Shown: positions 24,966-38,900 of the stretch, one piece after another
Layout of the letters: each line of letters begins with the position of its first letter
Numbering within the stretch: position 1 is the stretch's first letter
From: Rotaria socialis
Taxonomy: Eukaryota
Direction of reading: 5' to 3'
NCBI GenBank assembly: GCA_905331295.1
Contig: CAJNYD010000407.1
Span: 248,001-312,000, forward strand
DNA length: 64,000 nt
Position numbers and translations under genes: made by a program
Notes under the pieces: generated by a model
What the model was told of the DNA's origin: nothing
The model's input: the letters and a program-made list of their open reading frames with translations, nothing else
Database searches by the model: none

Positions 24966-27203
24966 TCATGTTGAATTTTTCTCATTTGACTGTTCAGCAT
25001 TTGGTACAGAAGGTATTGGCTCCAAATCGTTCAATTGTTGTTCGTCGTCATCATCGTCCATTGATGAATTTGACTCATCATTATTGTCATCATCAAATAT
25101 ATCATCAAGATTAGTAGCATCATTCGCTGTTGTAGTTGAATCAAGTGCAACAGCATCATGTATTATCTCTCTAGTACGTGCATCCATTTGTTGATGTTTT
25201 GATCCCGAAGTTGATGATGAACGTGATGAACTAGCATTATTATTGAGGTTTTGTGATGATTCAAATTTAGTTTTTAATTTTTTAAAACGCTGTAATAGTA
25301 ATTCGTATTCAAATACACCGCGACGATCACCAAATGGATCCTACAATATAACAAAAAAGAAAATAAATAAAATGAATAATCATGATATGTACACAATAAG
25401 TTTTACCGTCATTGGTTGCCCATCTTTATTTGAATTCTCTGTACATACTTCAATGTAATAATCATAAAAGTCGAAAAATTGTTTGATCATTACTTCTCTG
25501 GAAAAAAGGTTGATTTAGTTATTCATTTTGTTTCTTGTATAAAAACTTTACCGTAATTGTTTCGGACATGAATTTTCATTTTCAAGCATTTCGCATACAG
25601 CAACACGCAATGTTTCATGCTTTATGATTTCGTTATACGTTTTTGAATCGCCTGATGTACGTTCCTAAAGTACAAAATTAAAATAAAAGTATAAAATACA
25701 GACTTTGCAAAATAGAATCATTTATTTACATGTTCAAAACCGGGTTCATTGTGATATGGCTTTTCTGACATCAATGATTGAATAGATATTAGTAGTGATG
25801 ATATACACTGTGCTGGGGACCACGATGGACCACTCCATGTACTAAAAGCAAAATCGTAATGAATGCTTGATATTTTTTATTCTGAGACAACAACAAAAAA
25901 CATACCCGAGAATAGATAAACAGACTTTACCATTACGATAAAGATTTGGATTGAAACGAACTGTATTGTTTCCCGTGGTCATCAAACGGCAACGAGGAGC
26001 ACGAATAGGACTTGATTTAAAAAGAACAACAAATTATATAAGAAATGCTCCATAGTAAATATGTATCTACATATATTCTGAATATTATTGTCCTAAAGAT
26101 TCGTTTGTATGGCTAAGTCAATCGTTTTAAAAATTATGATTTGATTTTCTAAAACACATTTATTATAAGTTCTGCTTTGAAATATTTAGCCAAATAATAT
26201 GATAACTATTACTGCCCAACACGAAGCTGAACAAATTTCATGAGTAACGAACAGCCTGTGCAGGCTTATACGCAGTAATTTTAAGCAAATTATAGATAGA
26301 TATTGCGCAGTGCTTGAAAAGCTCCAAGTTTTCATCAGACTATAAAGTATTTCTTATTGGTATTTATCGTGTAAATTAACTAATACTTTTCGCGAGTAGT
26401 GATCATGAAGCACAAGTTCTCTGTCAGTAATGAAGCATTACAAATAAAAAGTGTTTGATATTTAAGATGTTTCTAATAGTATTTATCAAGCATTTTCTCT
26501 TAACATTGTGTAGAAACGCCTGGGATACATTCACATGGACAATGGACTTCGAACTATTTTAAAAGCAGAGAATAAAGTATCCGTGATGAGAATTCAAATC
26601 AAGATGAGAAATATATTTAAAAAACAACATTAATTCTCTTATAGTCGTTAGTTTATAATACTTACTAATCTGGTGGACAACGAATAAGAAAATAAAAGAA
26701 TCCGCCTGAAGAAAAGAAAAACCATGAAAAATAATAAAACTATTTTAATACTCTACCTTCATATGGTGTGTCAAATGGGCCAACAATAAGAGCATGAATC
26801 TAAGAATTGTAGTTTTTATTATTATTAACGCAAATGAATAAAGAAGAAATTATGATGCCATACTTTGGTAATATTATCAGGATCGGGTGCAATAAACATA
26901 CCTGGTGGAGGGTCTTTAAATACACTCCAAATATCACTAATAGAAAAAAAAGCATAGTTTTGTTAAATTGAATTCTTAACATAATAATTCTATGCACCGT
27001 TTTATTCTTGCTAAACAAGTTGCACTTGGCTGTTGCATATCCCAATCAGCACAATGGAATGGGTCCCATGGGCTTCTCATTATACTTGAAACATCATCCG
27101 CAGGACCAGCAGAAGCTGAACTAGTCGAGCCATCATGGTCAAGTCCATTCAATAATTGACTTATAGTACTAGCTGTGGCAGCAATATTATTGGCATTAGT
27201 CAT
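24966..27203 (-). CDS. UBE2Z: Ubiquitin-conjugating enzyme E2 Z (USE1)
   Basis: [133 protein letters not shown], followed by an acidic tail. Confidence 0.95.
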
Positions 27204-27716
27204 CGTAAATCTTGATTTTTCGTTAAACTGTAAATTATCAGTTAGATTGGCTAATTCGCTAATGTAGCACTACTATTATTATTACCGGTAATCAATAGTT
27301 GAAAAAGAAAAACAAATATTTGCTACATAGATCTTGATAAAATAAAAAGACAACAAAAAAAAGCTTCAATTAACATCCATGATTTTCATATATCATAAAA
27401 TAATAACTTACCTTTAAGGTAAAATAGCATATATTAATTGCTTGTTTTAAAAAAGAAAAGAAGAAAAAATAATCGAATATTTGATAATCTTATCTAAAAT
27501 ATTGAAATATTATTTGTTTAATTCGTCTAAACTCATTATTATTTTTAAACATACAAATAATACAACAAATAAAGATCAACGGTGTCAAAAAAAAAGAAAA
27601 GAAAACATCCTCATAATGGAATTTTGACTTTTCCATGAATAGATTCTAATTAGACAACAAATGAAAAATCAAAAGAAAATATTCGTTTTGTTGATTTCAT
27701 ATAAATTAATTGGTAT

Positions 27717-30700
27717 TTATTGCTTGAAGCGCACTTGAATTGTTCGGCCTTTAAATGTTGTACCGTCGAGACGATCAACAGCGTGACAGGCTTCATCATA
27801 ATTACGCATTGTTACAAATGAATAACCTTTTGATTCACCTGTTGTATAATTTCTTACAATATATACACGATAAACATCACCATAGCGTCGGAATAATTCT
27901 TCTAAATCATTTTCATCACAATCATGTGGTAAACCAAATGCATATATTACAAAACCATTTGGATCGATTGCTTGTTGGCAACCTTTAGCTATTAGATCAT
28001 AGGCAGCAGCAAGTGCTGATGGTGAATTAAGGTTGCCCGCTAAAGAAAACTTTCTATGTAATCAATATGAAAATGAATTACTCTCATACTTGTTGCTAGA
28101 ATATTTGAATTATGTTTCGACGATGATGATGGATACGAGCGAGGTAAACTTGGCGATGAACCACGCATTCGAGAAGAACGACTAGAATCACTTCTGAAAT
28201 AAGATTGTAGAGGAGGCGGTGATGGACTTAAATCTCTCCTAAAAAGAAAAATTTGAATTTATTTCTAAGGGAAAGTTCAATGGTTATTTTGGTTTAAATG
28301 AAAAGATTAACAAAAAATTGTCCATGCAATCTTTGAAAGATTAAAATTTTAAGAGATTTTATAAATATTCTTGTTAATTACTTATATACTTCAACACTCG
28401 CTTTACATTCAATTTCATAGAAAAGAAAAATAGAACTGTTACTTACATGTTCATTGTTGCTCGATGATGATGATGCAGTGCTGCTGCGTAATATGGATCC
28501 ATCATACTCAATGGTGGTAATGCAGTTGGATAACCATATGGTCCAATTGGGGGTGTCATCGGCGATGAACTTGATAAACGAGATGATGAACTATTGCTAC
28601 CATTTTTTCCTGATGATATTGTTGTTATAGCTGCCGTTTTGTTGAGATCAGCATACTTAACAGATATAGGTGTATGTGCACCTGATGGTACATAACCGTC
28701 AAGCGCTTTAACAGCTCTTTCAGCATAACGAGCTGATTTCATAAGAACAAATGCAACACCACGTGATATTCTAGTACGTGGATCGCGTAAAACTTTTGTT
28801 TGAACAATGTCACCATATTTAGAAAAAAGACGTTCTAACATGTTTTCATCGATATCATCAGGTAAATCAGTTATATAAATATTCGAATTTTTTTGTGTTG
28901 ACGAAGGCTTTATCGGCTTATCATTATCTGATTCATAATTATTGTTTGATTTTGGCTGGGCATAAGATACCTTTAATTTTTTATGTTCAATTCTATATCC
29001 ATTAAATTTTTCGATGGCTTTTATCGTATCGTCTTTCGAATGATATTCAATAAACCCATAGCAATAAGATTGACCTGTATAACGATCAGTTATTAATTTA
29101 CATAATTTAATTGGTGCAATGCGAGCAAATAATTGATAAAAATCAGATTCACGTAATGACGCAGGCAAATAATTGACTATTAGCTGAGTACCCTTATTAT
29201 TTTTTGGTATAGAAAACGATGGTGACTGAGGACTTTGACTATTTTTTTCTTGATTCGATGGTGAGCGATGTTTTTTACGACGATGGTGACTAGGACGTTC
29301 GTTCGGTGTACTATCACCTGAAATGAAATAAAAATAGATACACAGATATTATATTAAGTATCACTGTAAGATAATCACAAGGTAAAATTTTACCAAAATG
29401 TTTTGGCTGTATCTTTTAGCGTTGTTTGAATAGAACTCATCGAGCTATCTATGAAACTGTGTTTTTTTTTAACATACTCAGTCTACATTTTTATGATTCA
29501 AATGAAAAAAATTAAGTTTGATGAATTTATACTCTTTTTCAGTCAAGTTTTTCGACTTGTGCGAGCTCTTTTATTAGTTTTTATTTTCATAAATAGAATT
29601 CTAACAATGAAAATGTTTTGAATATCAATCCGTACTTATGACGATTTCTGCTATCGTAGAGATCAAGACAAGTTTCATAATCATCAAATATATTTTTTCA
29701 AAAAATATATAATGAATAAAATCAAAGAAAAGTTTCAGATAAACATTAAAATTAAGAACACAAGATGTTATTTGTTTCTTTCGATATCGTCTGAATGGGC
29801 CAAAAACAAAAATAAGGAACTTGACAAGACTTCTATAGGAGTGTTTGAAAAAAAATGGTCCATTCAAAATTTGCATAGATTTATTTACAATAAGATAAAA
29901 ATCAATTGTTAAATATCTGTTCTAATCAGAATTAGAGAAAATATTCGATTTTACCTTCAACCATTCCTTCCTCATTTGATTCATTTTCTGACGTTGACAT
30001 ATCTTGTTCTGATTGTGATTGTTGGCTTTCACCTGTATTTATTTCTGGTGAAACATCGACATTTTCATCATTCGATTTATTGCGGCGTGTCGTTGATACT
30101 GTTTCTTTTTTGCTAAAGAAAAAGTATATATTTAAATCAGGAGTTTAAGCTTGCTTGCTAGTTAGACAGGTGATTTCAATATTTTTCTGTTGAATTAAAA
30201 ATAGAGATGACTCCTGCTTATAGTCAGGCAGTTTTCAATCTACACCCGTACTTCTATTTGGCAATTGATAAAATTCTTGTAGAGAGTACTGGTAGAGCTG
30301 TTTTGAAATCGATTGAAAACTATAATAATAAAAACTCTCCTATCACCGTCAGGAACTATTTCTGACTAGAGAAAATTCTGAAATCCTTTTCAAAGTATAA
30401 GAATGACCTTGTTCATTATTATTGTTTCAATTTCAATGATTACCTTCGTTTAACAGAAGTGTGATGATGAGTAGCTAAACGTTTGTTTGATTTTGAATGT
30501 TTACGATGGTGATGATGTCGGTGGTGTGAATGTTTTTTCTGGTGACTTTCATCGATATCTGACATAATTGGTGATGATATGTCATCAACTATTGCTTTAG
30601 ATTGATCATCTAATGGTAAAAGTTCACGATCATCAGGATCTTGTTCATCATCGCTATGATTTCTTTGTATTGGTGATTTAATTGGTGTTGATGGTCCTCG

Positions 30701-30805
30701 CCTTGGTGAAATTGAAAGATTTCGCTTGCCACTTTTCGGTATGGGTGAACGCGACCGCGACAACGATGATGAAGATGAATGTACACGTGATGTTCTTGTT
30801 GCCAT
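27717..30805 (-). CDS. ELAV/Hu/Sex-lethal-like RNA-binding protein: 3 RRMs with an RS/SP- and His-rich N-terminal extension
   Basis: RRM1 TQLIVNYLP..KLITDRYTGQSYCYGFIEY..KKLKVSYAQP; RRM2 NIYITDLP..RISRGVAFV..PISVKYA; a hinge; RRM3 VIYAFGLP..GESKGYSFVTMRNYDEACHAVDRLDG..IQVRFKQ* (~27717-28040). Confidence 0.85.
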
Positions 30806-31081
30806 CAGCCGTTTTCAATCAAGTATTGATGGAAAAGCAGAGAAGACTCTAGAAAATAGAAAACAGAAAAACAAATTACGTATGCAATAAAAGAAAAGCA
30901 TTTGTTTTGAAATCGTCAGTTTATCAAGAACAAAAAATAATCATATTGGTCTTTTATCAAGCAGCAACACAGAATAACACACACACACACACACGCAGTG
31001 TCGTTTTTTTAATTTGATGTGTTCAATTATCTACTTTACCTCTTATGTGGAAATATTGAATTCTCATCATTAGAATAAAGA

Positions 31082-31112
<31 letters not shown>

Positions 31113-31947
31113 GACAATTCAATATAAGAACAACAACAGAAGACTTATGATTATATATAAATAACAAAAGAGATAAATTATTCTTTCAAGCAACAATATA
31201 TATAAAGACCAGTTGAATAAATCATATTACTAGTTTAACTTTTTGTAGCTAATTAATTATTAATAATATCGTAAAAAACGAACAAAAACGAAACAGAATA
31301 TATGAACATAACGAAGAAAACTTTTGTCGTTGAGATTATATTTTTTTTGACAAAAATAAACACAAAACTTGACCAATACAATCTTTAATCAAGTGAAAAA
31401 AAGACACATTTTAGAATTTTTAGCAATAAAATCGTTATTCTTTACTTACATAATTTATAATATCGAAATCAATAAACGAATCGATGTAATAATCTAAAAA
31501 CAAAGACAGAGTGTAATCATCTTTTACTTTGTTTATTTGAATAATGGTGAAAAAACGAAAGAAAAACAAACAAAAAAGATGAATGGATCATCAATAAACA
31601 ACAACAGCAAAAAAAAATTCCTTGTGAAAGAAAAAAAACAAAGCAGAGAGAGAAACAAGAGAGGGTATAACGATAACAAACAAACAAAAAAAACAAATGA
31701 AAGAAGAAAAATTCATCATCCACGTATATACGAAAGGCAAAAGATTCAACAAACCACCCAAAATCCCATATGAATAAAGAAAATGAAAAATAAAGAAACC
31801 AAACTTGCAGAATTAAGAAGGTAAATGTTTTGTTTCTCTCTCTCTGTTTGCATGTTAATTCTTTTTTTCTGATTGTGTCTCAATAAGCCAACAATAGGTA
31901 AACGAACAAAAAAGAAGAGGAAGGACGAAATCAAGAATGTTTAATTT

Positions 31948-34900
31948 TTATTCATCAATAATTGGACTTTGAACATCATCATTTTCATTATTATCGTCAT
32001 GATCTTCAACATCCAGCATAACAAATTTATTCGACAATTGAAGCTACAATATATAATCACATTACATGAATTAAGAATCATTTTATTTTCATTATTTACT
32101 CTATGCGAATCATCGTTAGTTTGAATTGTCCGCCGTGTAGCTGTTCCTCTACAAAATACAACAAGATGAATAAATTTTATTTAAGGATAATCATTCCCTT
32201 TTCATGCGTTTCTAGAGAATGGACGATTAGGAAAATTTTCAAGACAAGTAGATTTGAAAAATTATTTGTAAAGATTTTCATGAACGCAATGGTTCTTGGA
32301 TAATGTTAAATAGTCATTATTTTATTTGAGAACAAAAGTCAAAATATCACAAAAACTCTGAAGGATGTTTCTCAAACGAGCTCTCAAAAATAACTAGAAG
32401 AATATTTATTTTAAACAATACAACGATATCTATCCTAAACAGTGTTTTGCTTGACTGAAAAATAAGTTGATTTGAGAAAAATGAAAAACAATCAACCGGC
32501 TGGGCTTATTCCATTACTTAAATTTGATTTCTTCTTCAATTCTATAACTTAAATTTTAGATCTCAAAATTCAGATAAGATAGAGCATATTGCACGATAGT
32601 AAAAAAAAGGAATTAGCAACTTTAGCAAAACAAAAGTAGTCAGGAAAGGGTATCCTAAAATAAAATTTTACCGCTGTTGAGTTCGAGGTTGTGCTTCTGA
32701 ATTAAAATTATTATTTGATGGTCGTCCAGGATTATTGAATTCATTTGACTCCTGAGTACGATCGTCACGATTACGATAAGTACCACGATCATTATCTAAA
32801 TTCACATCAACTTTAAATCAAGAAAAATAAATCAATCAACTTGTTCGATACCTCGTTCTGAATGATTGTGATGATTATATTTACCTTTACGCCCAGAATC
32901 ATGATCACGTCTAGATGGACCACCGTAACGTTCTCGATCATGACCGCCGCCGCTGCTACCACCACCACCTCCACGACGCGCATGATCATCACTACGTCTT
33001 CGACCTTCGTCTTCGTATTGCCGACCACCTACAAGTAAATAAAAATTATGATCAAATGAATGAAATCCTTGTGCAATATATGTACCACTAAATTCTCGTT
33101 TATGATGATAATCTCCACCATGACCTGATCGACCTGTATCAATGGAGAAATATTGTTTTTCATCATATCCAGGAAAAAAAAGATTTAGATTACCATCGTC
33201 ATTTTGTGATGTACGTTTAGCACGGTAAAGATCTCGATCACCGACACGACTATATGATGGCCTAAGTAAAACCGAGAAAAAAGCACCCATTAGAATTATT
33301 TTATAATGACAACTATATACTTTTACCTAGTTGAAGCTCCTTTATCTTCAGTATCAACTGGTGTTTCACCAGAAGTCATTTGTTGTTCTTTGATTTTTCT
33401 TTCAATTTCAAGTTCTCTCGCAGTTGTATCCACCGGTTTAGCTCCACCAAAAATAGAAGCACCAGCGCCACGCGATGGTTTAAACGTCGATTGTTCATCA
33501 GTTGGATTATCGTTTGGGGATCGTGGTTCTTGATGTTCATTTACATCTGGATGCTCGTCTCTCGATGAATCTTGTTGATTAATTTTATTTGTTATTGATG
33601 ATGAGGGTTCGTCTGGATTAAATACTGATGATTGAGCAGCATTATTCATAGATGGTGATGCATCAGATAATGGTTGATTTTCTTCAGCTGGTTTTGTACG
33701 TGGTTGAAGTAGAAGCCGTTGACGCTCGCGTGGTGGTTCCCGTTGATCGACTTGTGGTTCGTCTAAGCTCACACAAAAGATCATTAGAAAACAGAAATAA
33801 AAAGGAAACAAAAAATAAAATACCACTTGGTCGATTGCCATCACGAGCATCACTAAAATAAAATTTTTGAATCAAATTAAACTTTACAAGAAAAAATTGT
33901 TTTCACAATCGTTTACCGTGTGTCACTGTATCGACCTGCATAACGAGGTCTATCGGTTCCACTACTTGGTCGATTGCCATCGTCTGGATAACGATTATTA
34001 CGTGGTCCTTGTCGATTGTAATCACGACTACCACCACCACCACCACCACCTGGTCCTCGGTCATCTCTTGTACGTGGATAGCCAAATCCAAAATCATTAC
34101 CATGCTGATTATCCCGTGAACCACCCATATTAGCTTCAAAAAAAAAAATGGAAAATATTTTTATTCATAATAAAATTTCGTAATAACTTACATCGTCCAT
34201 GATCACCACGATTTTGTCTATTATCACGATTAAATCCACCACTTGGACGATCATCAGACATATCATCAGATCGAGCTAAAAATGAATTGTTGATGTCTTT
34301 TTTTTATTAAAGTTGCCTATGGCGAAGAATTTAGCTGTGCTTTTCGGAGTTTTGATGACTGTTTTACGCAATCTATTTTGAGATATATTATTTCACTATG
34401 ATTTGATTCTATCCTTCAGAAATACAATATCAAAATAGTTAATAAATCACGACAAGAAACATTATTGGTGTAAGGCTTTTACTCTAATATTGAAAATATC
34501 TTTCATCAACTACAATAATTTTCAATTAGCATATGTGAGCCCGAATTTTGATTCTTATATGCCAAAGTTTTTTTTTACTACGCCTCATTTTAGAAAAAAA
34601 AATGAAATACTTACGTTCAGCTCTTTTCCACCTATCAGACATTTCTGGTCGTTCTTCACCTCCGGTACGATTTGACCGATTATGACCGAATCCTCCTCGC
34701 CCACCATCTGTATGTGAGTGGGTTTTATCCGAAACATTAATATGTATTCTACGTCCATAGAATTCTTTATCGGTTCTTTTCAATGCTTCAATTAAGTTTT
34801 CACGTGTTTCAAATTCAACTAAACCAACACCTTTACTACGCATACCATCCCGAATTACTCGTGCTGACTTTGGCTAAACAAAAACAGAAATGAATATATT

Positions 34901-35291
34901 GAAAAATCAAACGAGAATTTCTCACAGTTAAATCAGCAAATATGTTTCTTAGACCTTGGTCATCAACTTCGAATGATAAATTAGTAACATGTGCCATGAA
35001 AGGGGGAGTGTTTGGTACAGTGCTATAATCAACATCAAGAGCACTACGAGGAGCTGTTGGTAAATTGCCAATGTCAATTACTAGAAAGGAAATAATTATT
35101 CGAAAAATTTTCTTTTGAATTTTTCATATATTGATTTTTGTTCTTTTTTTACCCATTGGCTTGACTTCAGCTTCTTCATTGTCAACAATTTCTGACCAAT
35201 TTGTTGGCCGAATAGTAACCAATTTTGATTCCGCAGCTAGAAAATCAGTCAACGGTATTGTTTTGCCTTTTTTCTTATTTTTCGTTGTCAT
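31948..35291 (-). CDS. EIF4B: Eukaryotic translation initiation factor 4B
   Basis: MTTKNKKKGKTIPLTDFL, LPTAPRSA, PPFMAHVTNLSFEV (RRM), a D/R/Y/G-rich region, RQRLLLQPRTKP, ASIFGGAKPVDTTARELEIE and C-terminal LSNKFVMLDVED. Confidence 0.93.
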
Positions 35292-35919
35292 CGTTAAAAT
35301 TTTGAACTTTTTTGATTTTAATTATTACGATTGAATGTGCTTTTTCTTAGTTATTTTTAGCCATTCGAAATAAAAAAAATTGAATTGACAAGTTATTGAA
35401 ATAGTTTATTGTTTATGAATGGATGATGCTAATGATTGAAACGATAATAGCATGAAACAAAAGAAAAATAGATAGTATAATCTGAAAAATTGATTCAATA
35501 TGATTAGCCCATTTCTTTCTTTGTGAGTTAAAATTTAGTACAAAATAGCAAGAGGAAAAGCAAAAAGAAAAAGCCTACTTCATTCTGCATATTTATTTAT
35601 CAATGCTTAGTACTAAGAGACATGAGATAAATGAATTTATTATTTTTTAAATGAAGAAAATAAATAATTTTTATTTTCAATAATTTTTTATTGTACGATG
35701 TAAAATGAAGTTCACCTTTTTGTTTCACTTGAGATTATTTACTTTCTTATTTTTAACACATCAATGCATTTAATCAGAAATGCATTTTATATGCATAGAG
35801 GTTACGTCACAGTTATGATTACATGAATGGTATCAGAGAAGTCGAAACCATATCGATCCTAATGTCCTTCTATCATTAATTCAGTCTGGTTTTGTTCTTT
35901 GCGTCATTTTCTTTTTTCA

Positions 35920-38900
35920 ATGAGTAACACAACTTGTTCAAATCAAAATCTCAATGTTAAACATGTTGCAACACTATTCGAAGAAGTTCAAAATCGTTAT
36001 ATTAAAAAATTAACAACGATCGATGAGAAACATATCAATGGTGATGAACGTCATAAGGTATGTCGGTTATTTCTTATGAAATATATTTTAGTAAACTTTT
36101 CCCCATTTGTCTATCATTCTTAGATGGAAAAAAAGTTCAGATTGATCATTGAGTTTTCTTTTAGTAGTTGAAATCTCTTTGGATATGTTTAGAATACATT
36201 TGTTTTTACATATGACACCTTTGAACATAGAACAAATCGGATTTTTCCAATACTTTGAGAATAGAAAATTTTATAAGGTTTCCTCTCGAAATCATGGACG
36301 AATTTGAACTTGTAAAAAGCTTCATCTATGTAATGGCAAATTCATTATTTTTTTTTAACACAAAAGAAACAAAAGCGTGAGAGTATTAGCATCTCATCAT
36401 TAATTGAATATTATTTGTTATAAATCAGTGCAACTGATTCAAGGTTTTTTGAATTTTTATTATGTCCGTGAGCTATTGCTTTATACACGTTCCATTCTGC
36501 TACTCAAGTCATAAACGACCTTCGCCGATGTATCTTTAATACTTATCTAGAATTCAATAATTATCGAAACATAAATGTTGAAGCTTCTAACTAAAATCTG
36601 TCAACTATTATATGTTATAGTTGCGACACATAGTCAAAAGAGAAATTATTTAAACTTTAATTCTATTGACAATTTATCTTTTTCAACATTCCTTCAAAAG
36701 ATATATGAAAATATTTATTAAAACAAAATAAACAATTAGCCAAAGTTCTCGCTTAAACTATAAAATTGTACCAAATAAATCTTGTTTAGTATTTTATACA
36801 TTTTTAGAATAAACAAAAATGTTCGTTTATTATAGAATTCAATACACGTCTAGTATTTTATATTTTTAGCAAAAACTAGCTATTTATGAAAGTTATGTAA
36901 AAGATTTATCAATTCAAACACGTTTACTTTTACAAAGTCTTGATGAACTCGAAAGAGAAGCTAATCAACGTGTTGCTCTACTTGAAAATAAGCTTAAAAA
37001 AGCGCATGCTTCTTTACAAGTATGTTCAATCATTTCTACTTTCTTCTAATTTTCTTTCAATATTTAGCAACATCATTCATTATCCGACGTAACAAAAAAT
37101 GTTAGCGTAAGTACATACAAAATCTATCATTAAAATTAGAAGAACGTTGAAGTTTCGGTATTTTTTCCTATTTCACAGTATTTAATTCATGTTCAAATAG
37201 TTATCTAAATAATCAATCAATTTCTTTATTAAATTCATTCTTTGCCGATATTTTGTTGATAAAATCTAACAAAAAAAATCTAAAAAATAAAATAAGATGA
37301 TTTTTAAGCTCTAGCAAACTATGTGTTATTCAGTAATTTTTAATACAATATTAGGCAACATGAAATTGAGAAAGAAATAACTGGTGGCAACATTCTCTAC
37401 TATCTGGTTTTTAAAAGGATAGCAACAACATGTCATTATGAGTTTTCTTTAGTGTTACTTCTTCTAAACCTCAAGCCACGTGCATACCTTCATAGCCAGA
37501 ATTTCTAGAAAATGAAGTCATCTCTAATTTTATTTAAAGAAAACTCATTCTATCTAAGTAAATACTCAAAAATCTATTTCGATAGAGTCTCTTAAACCTG
37601 GCAACACTTGGTTTTGGTTTCCTACAGATTTATTGACTATTCTAAATTACAATTTGCATTTAATTTAAATGTTCGAAAATGTAGAAAAGTCAAACACATT
37701 GTTCTTTTTTTTGACATTAATAATATTTGCTATTGGTTTTCTTTTGAAGAGTATTGAAGCGGAAAAATGGAAATTAAGTCATGAAAATCTTGATTTAAAA
37801 CATGATCTCGATTCCTTAACATCGTTTATTAATACAGCTAAACGAACAGGTAAATGGGATACAAAAAGACTTCAATTGAAAACTATTCCACTTGATCGTA
37901 TCATTGGTGTAACAAATGAAGATACGCATACCGCAACATCTCTACACAAAGAAATTCAATATCGTGATGAACGTATTCAAGTTTTACAAGCTGAAGTAGA
38001 ACAACTTCGAAAAACAAAAAATGAATTAGCTAGACAAGTAGACGAAAACCTACTATTATTTGAAAAAGAATTTTTATCTTTTACTTTTGAAGGCACCAAA
38101 TAAACCTTCAACTTTTTCTTCGTTCATGGCTGACGATGAATTCAAAGAACAAGTTTGTATTCATTCTTTCGCCTTCACAGATTCGTAAATGATTTTTTTT
38201 CAAATTTATAGAATAATATTCTTGCGAAAAAAGTCGAAGATCTTCGTGCCAAACTTATTGAAGAATGTCAAAATACTGAAACATTCAAAATGGATGTAGG
38301 AAAATAACTTTATAATAAAAAAAATTCATTTAAATTCTTTCTCTTTTAGCTACGTCTTAAAGCTAATGAATTAAAAGATCTTCAAGAAGAATTTCAACAA
38401 AATAAACAACGTTCTGATGAACATATACATGATTTATCAACTAAATTAAAAACTATTACAGATCGTCATCGAGACTCAACAGCATTGCTCAATAATGATA
38501 TTAAAACAAAGAAACAACAAATCGAACAGTATACACAACAAATAGAACAAGTTTTGCATGAAAAAGCTCAACTTGAAAGTGATCGTAGTGATTTAGAACG
38601 ACAAGTTTGTTTATCTATCTACAATAACTAAGTATATCTTGTTTTGTCTTATTTTTTCCAACTAGTGTCGCGTTAAAGATTCAATAACAGCTGATTTAGA
38701 AGGACAAATTCGCAATCTTCAACGAGAATTAACATCAAACAGTTATCCAACGATTCCTGTACAACCTATTGAATCGACTGTGCCGAAAATTGAATATGAA
38801 AAACTCGATCAAGAATTACATTCAACAAAAAAACGACTGGATGGTGTCGTAGCTGAAGTAAATAGTTGAGGATAATTCTAACTCATTTTACATGCTATCC

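Noticed and set aside
30977..31112. (CA)n and (TA)n tracts
   Set aside because: Ordinary microsatellites in noncoding sequence upstream of the ELAV-like gene.
31517..31934. K/N-rich and F-rich ORFs
   Set aside because: Low-complexity U-rich 3' UTR of eIF4B.
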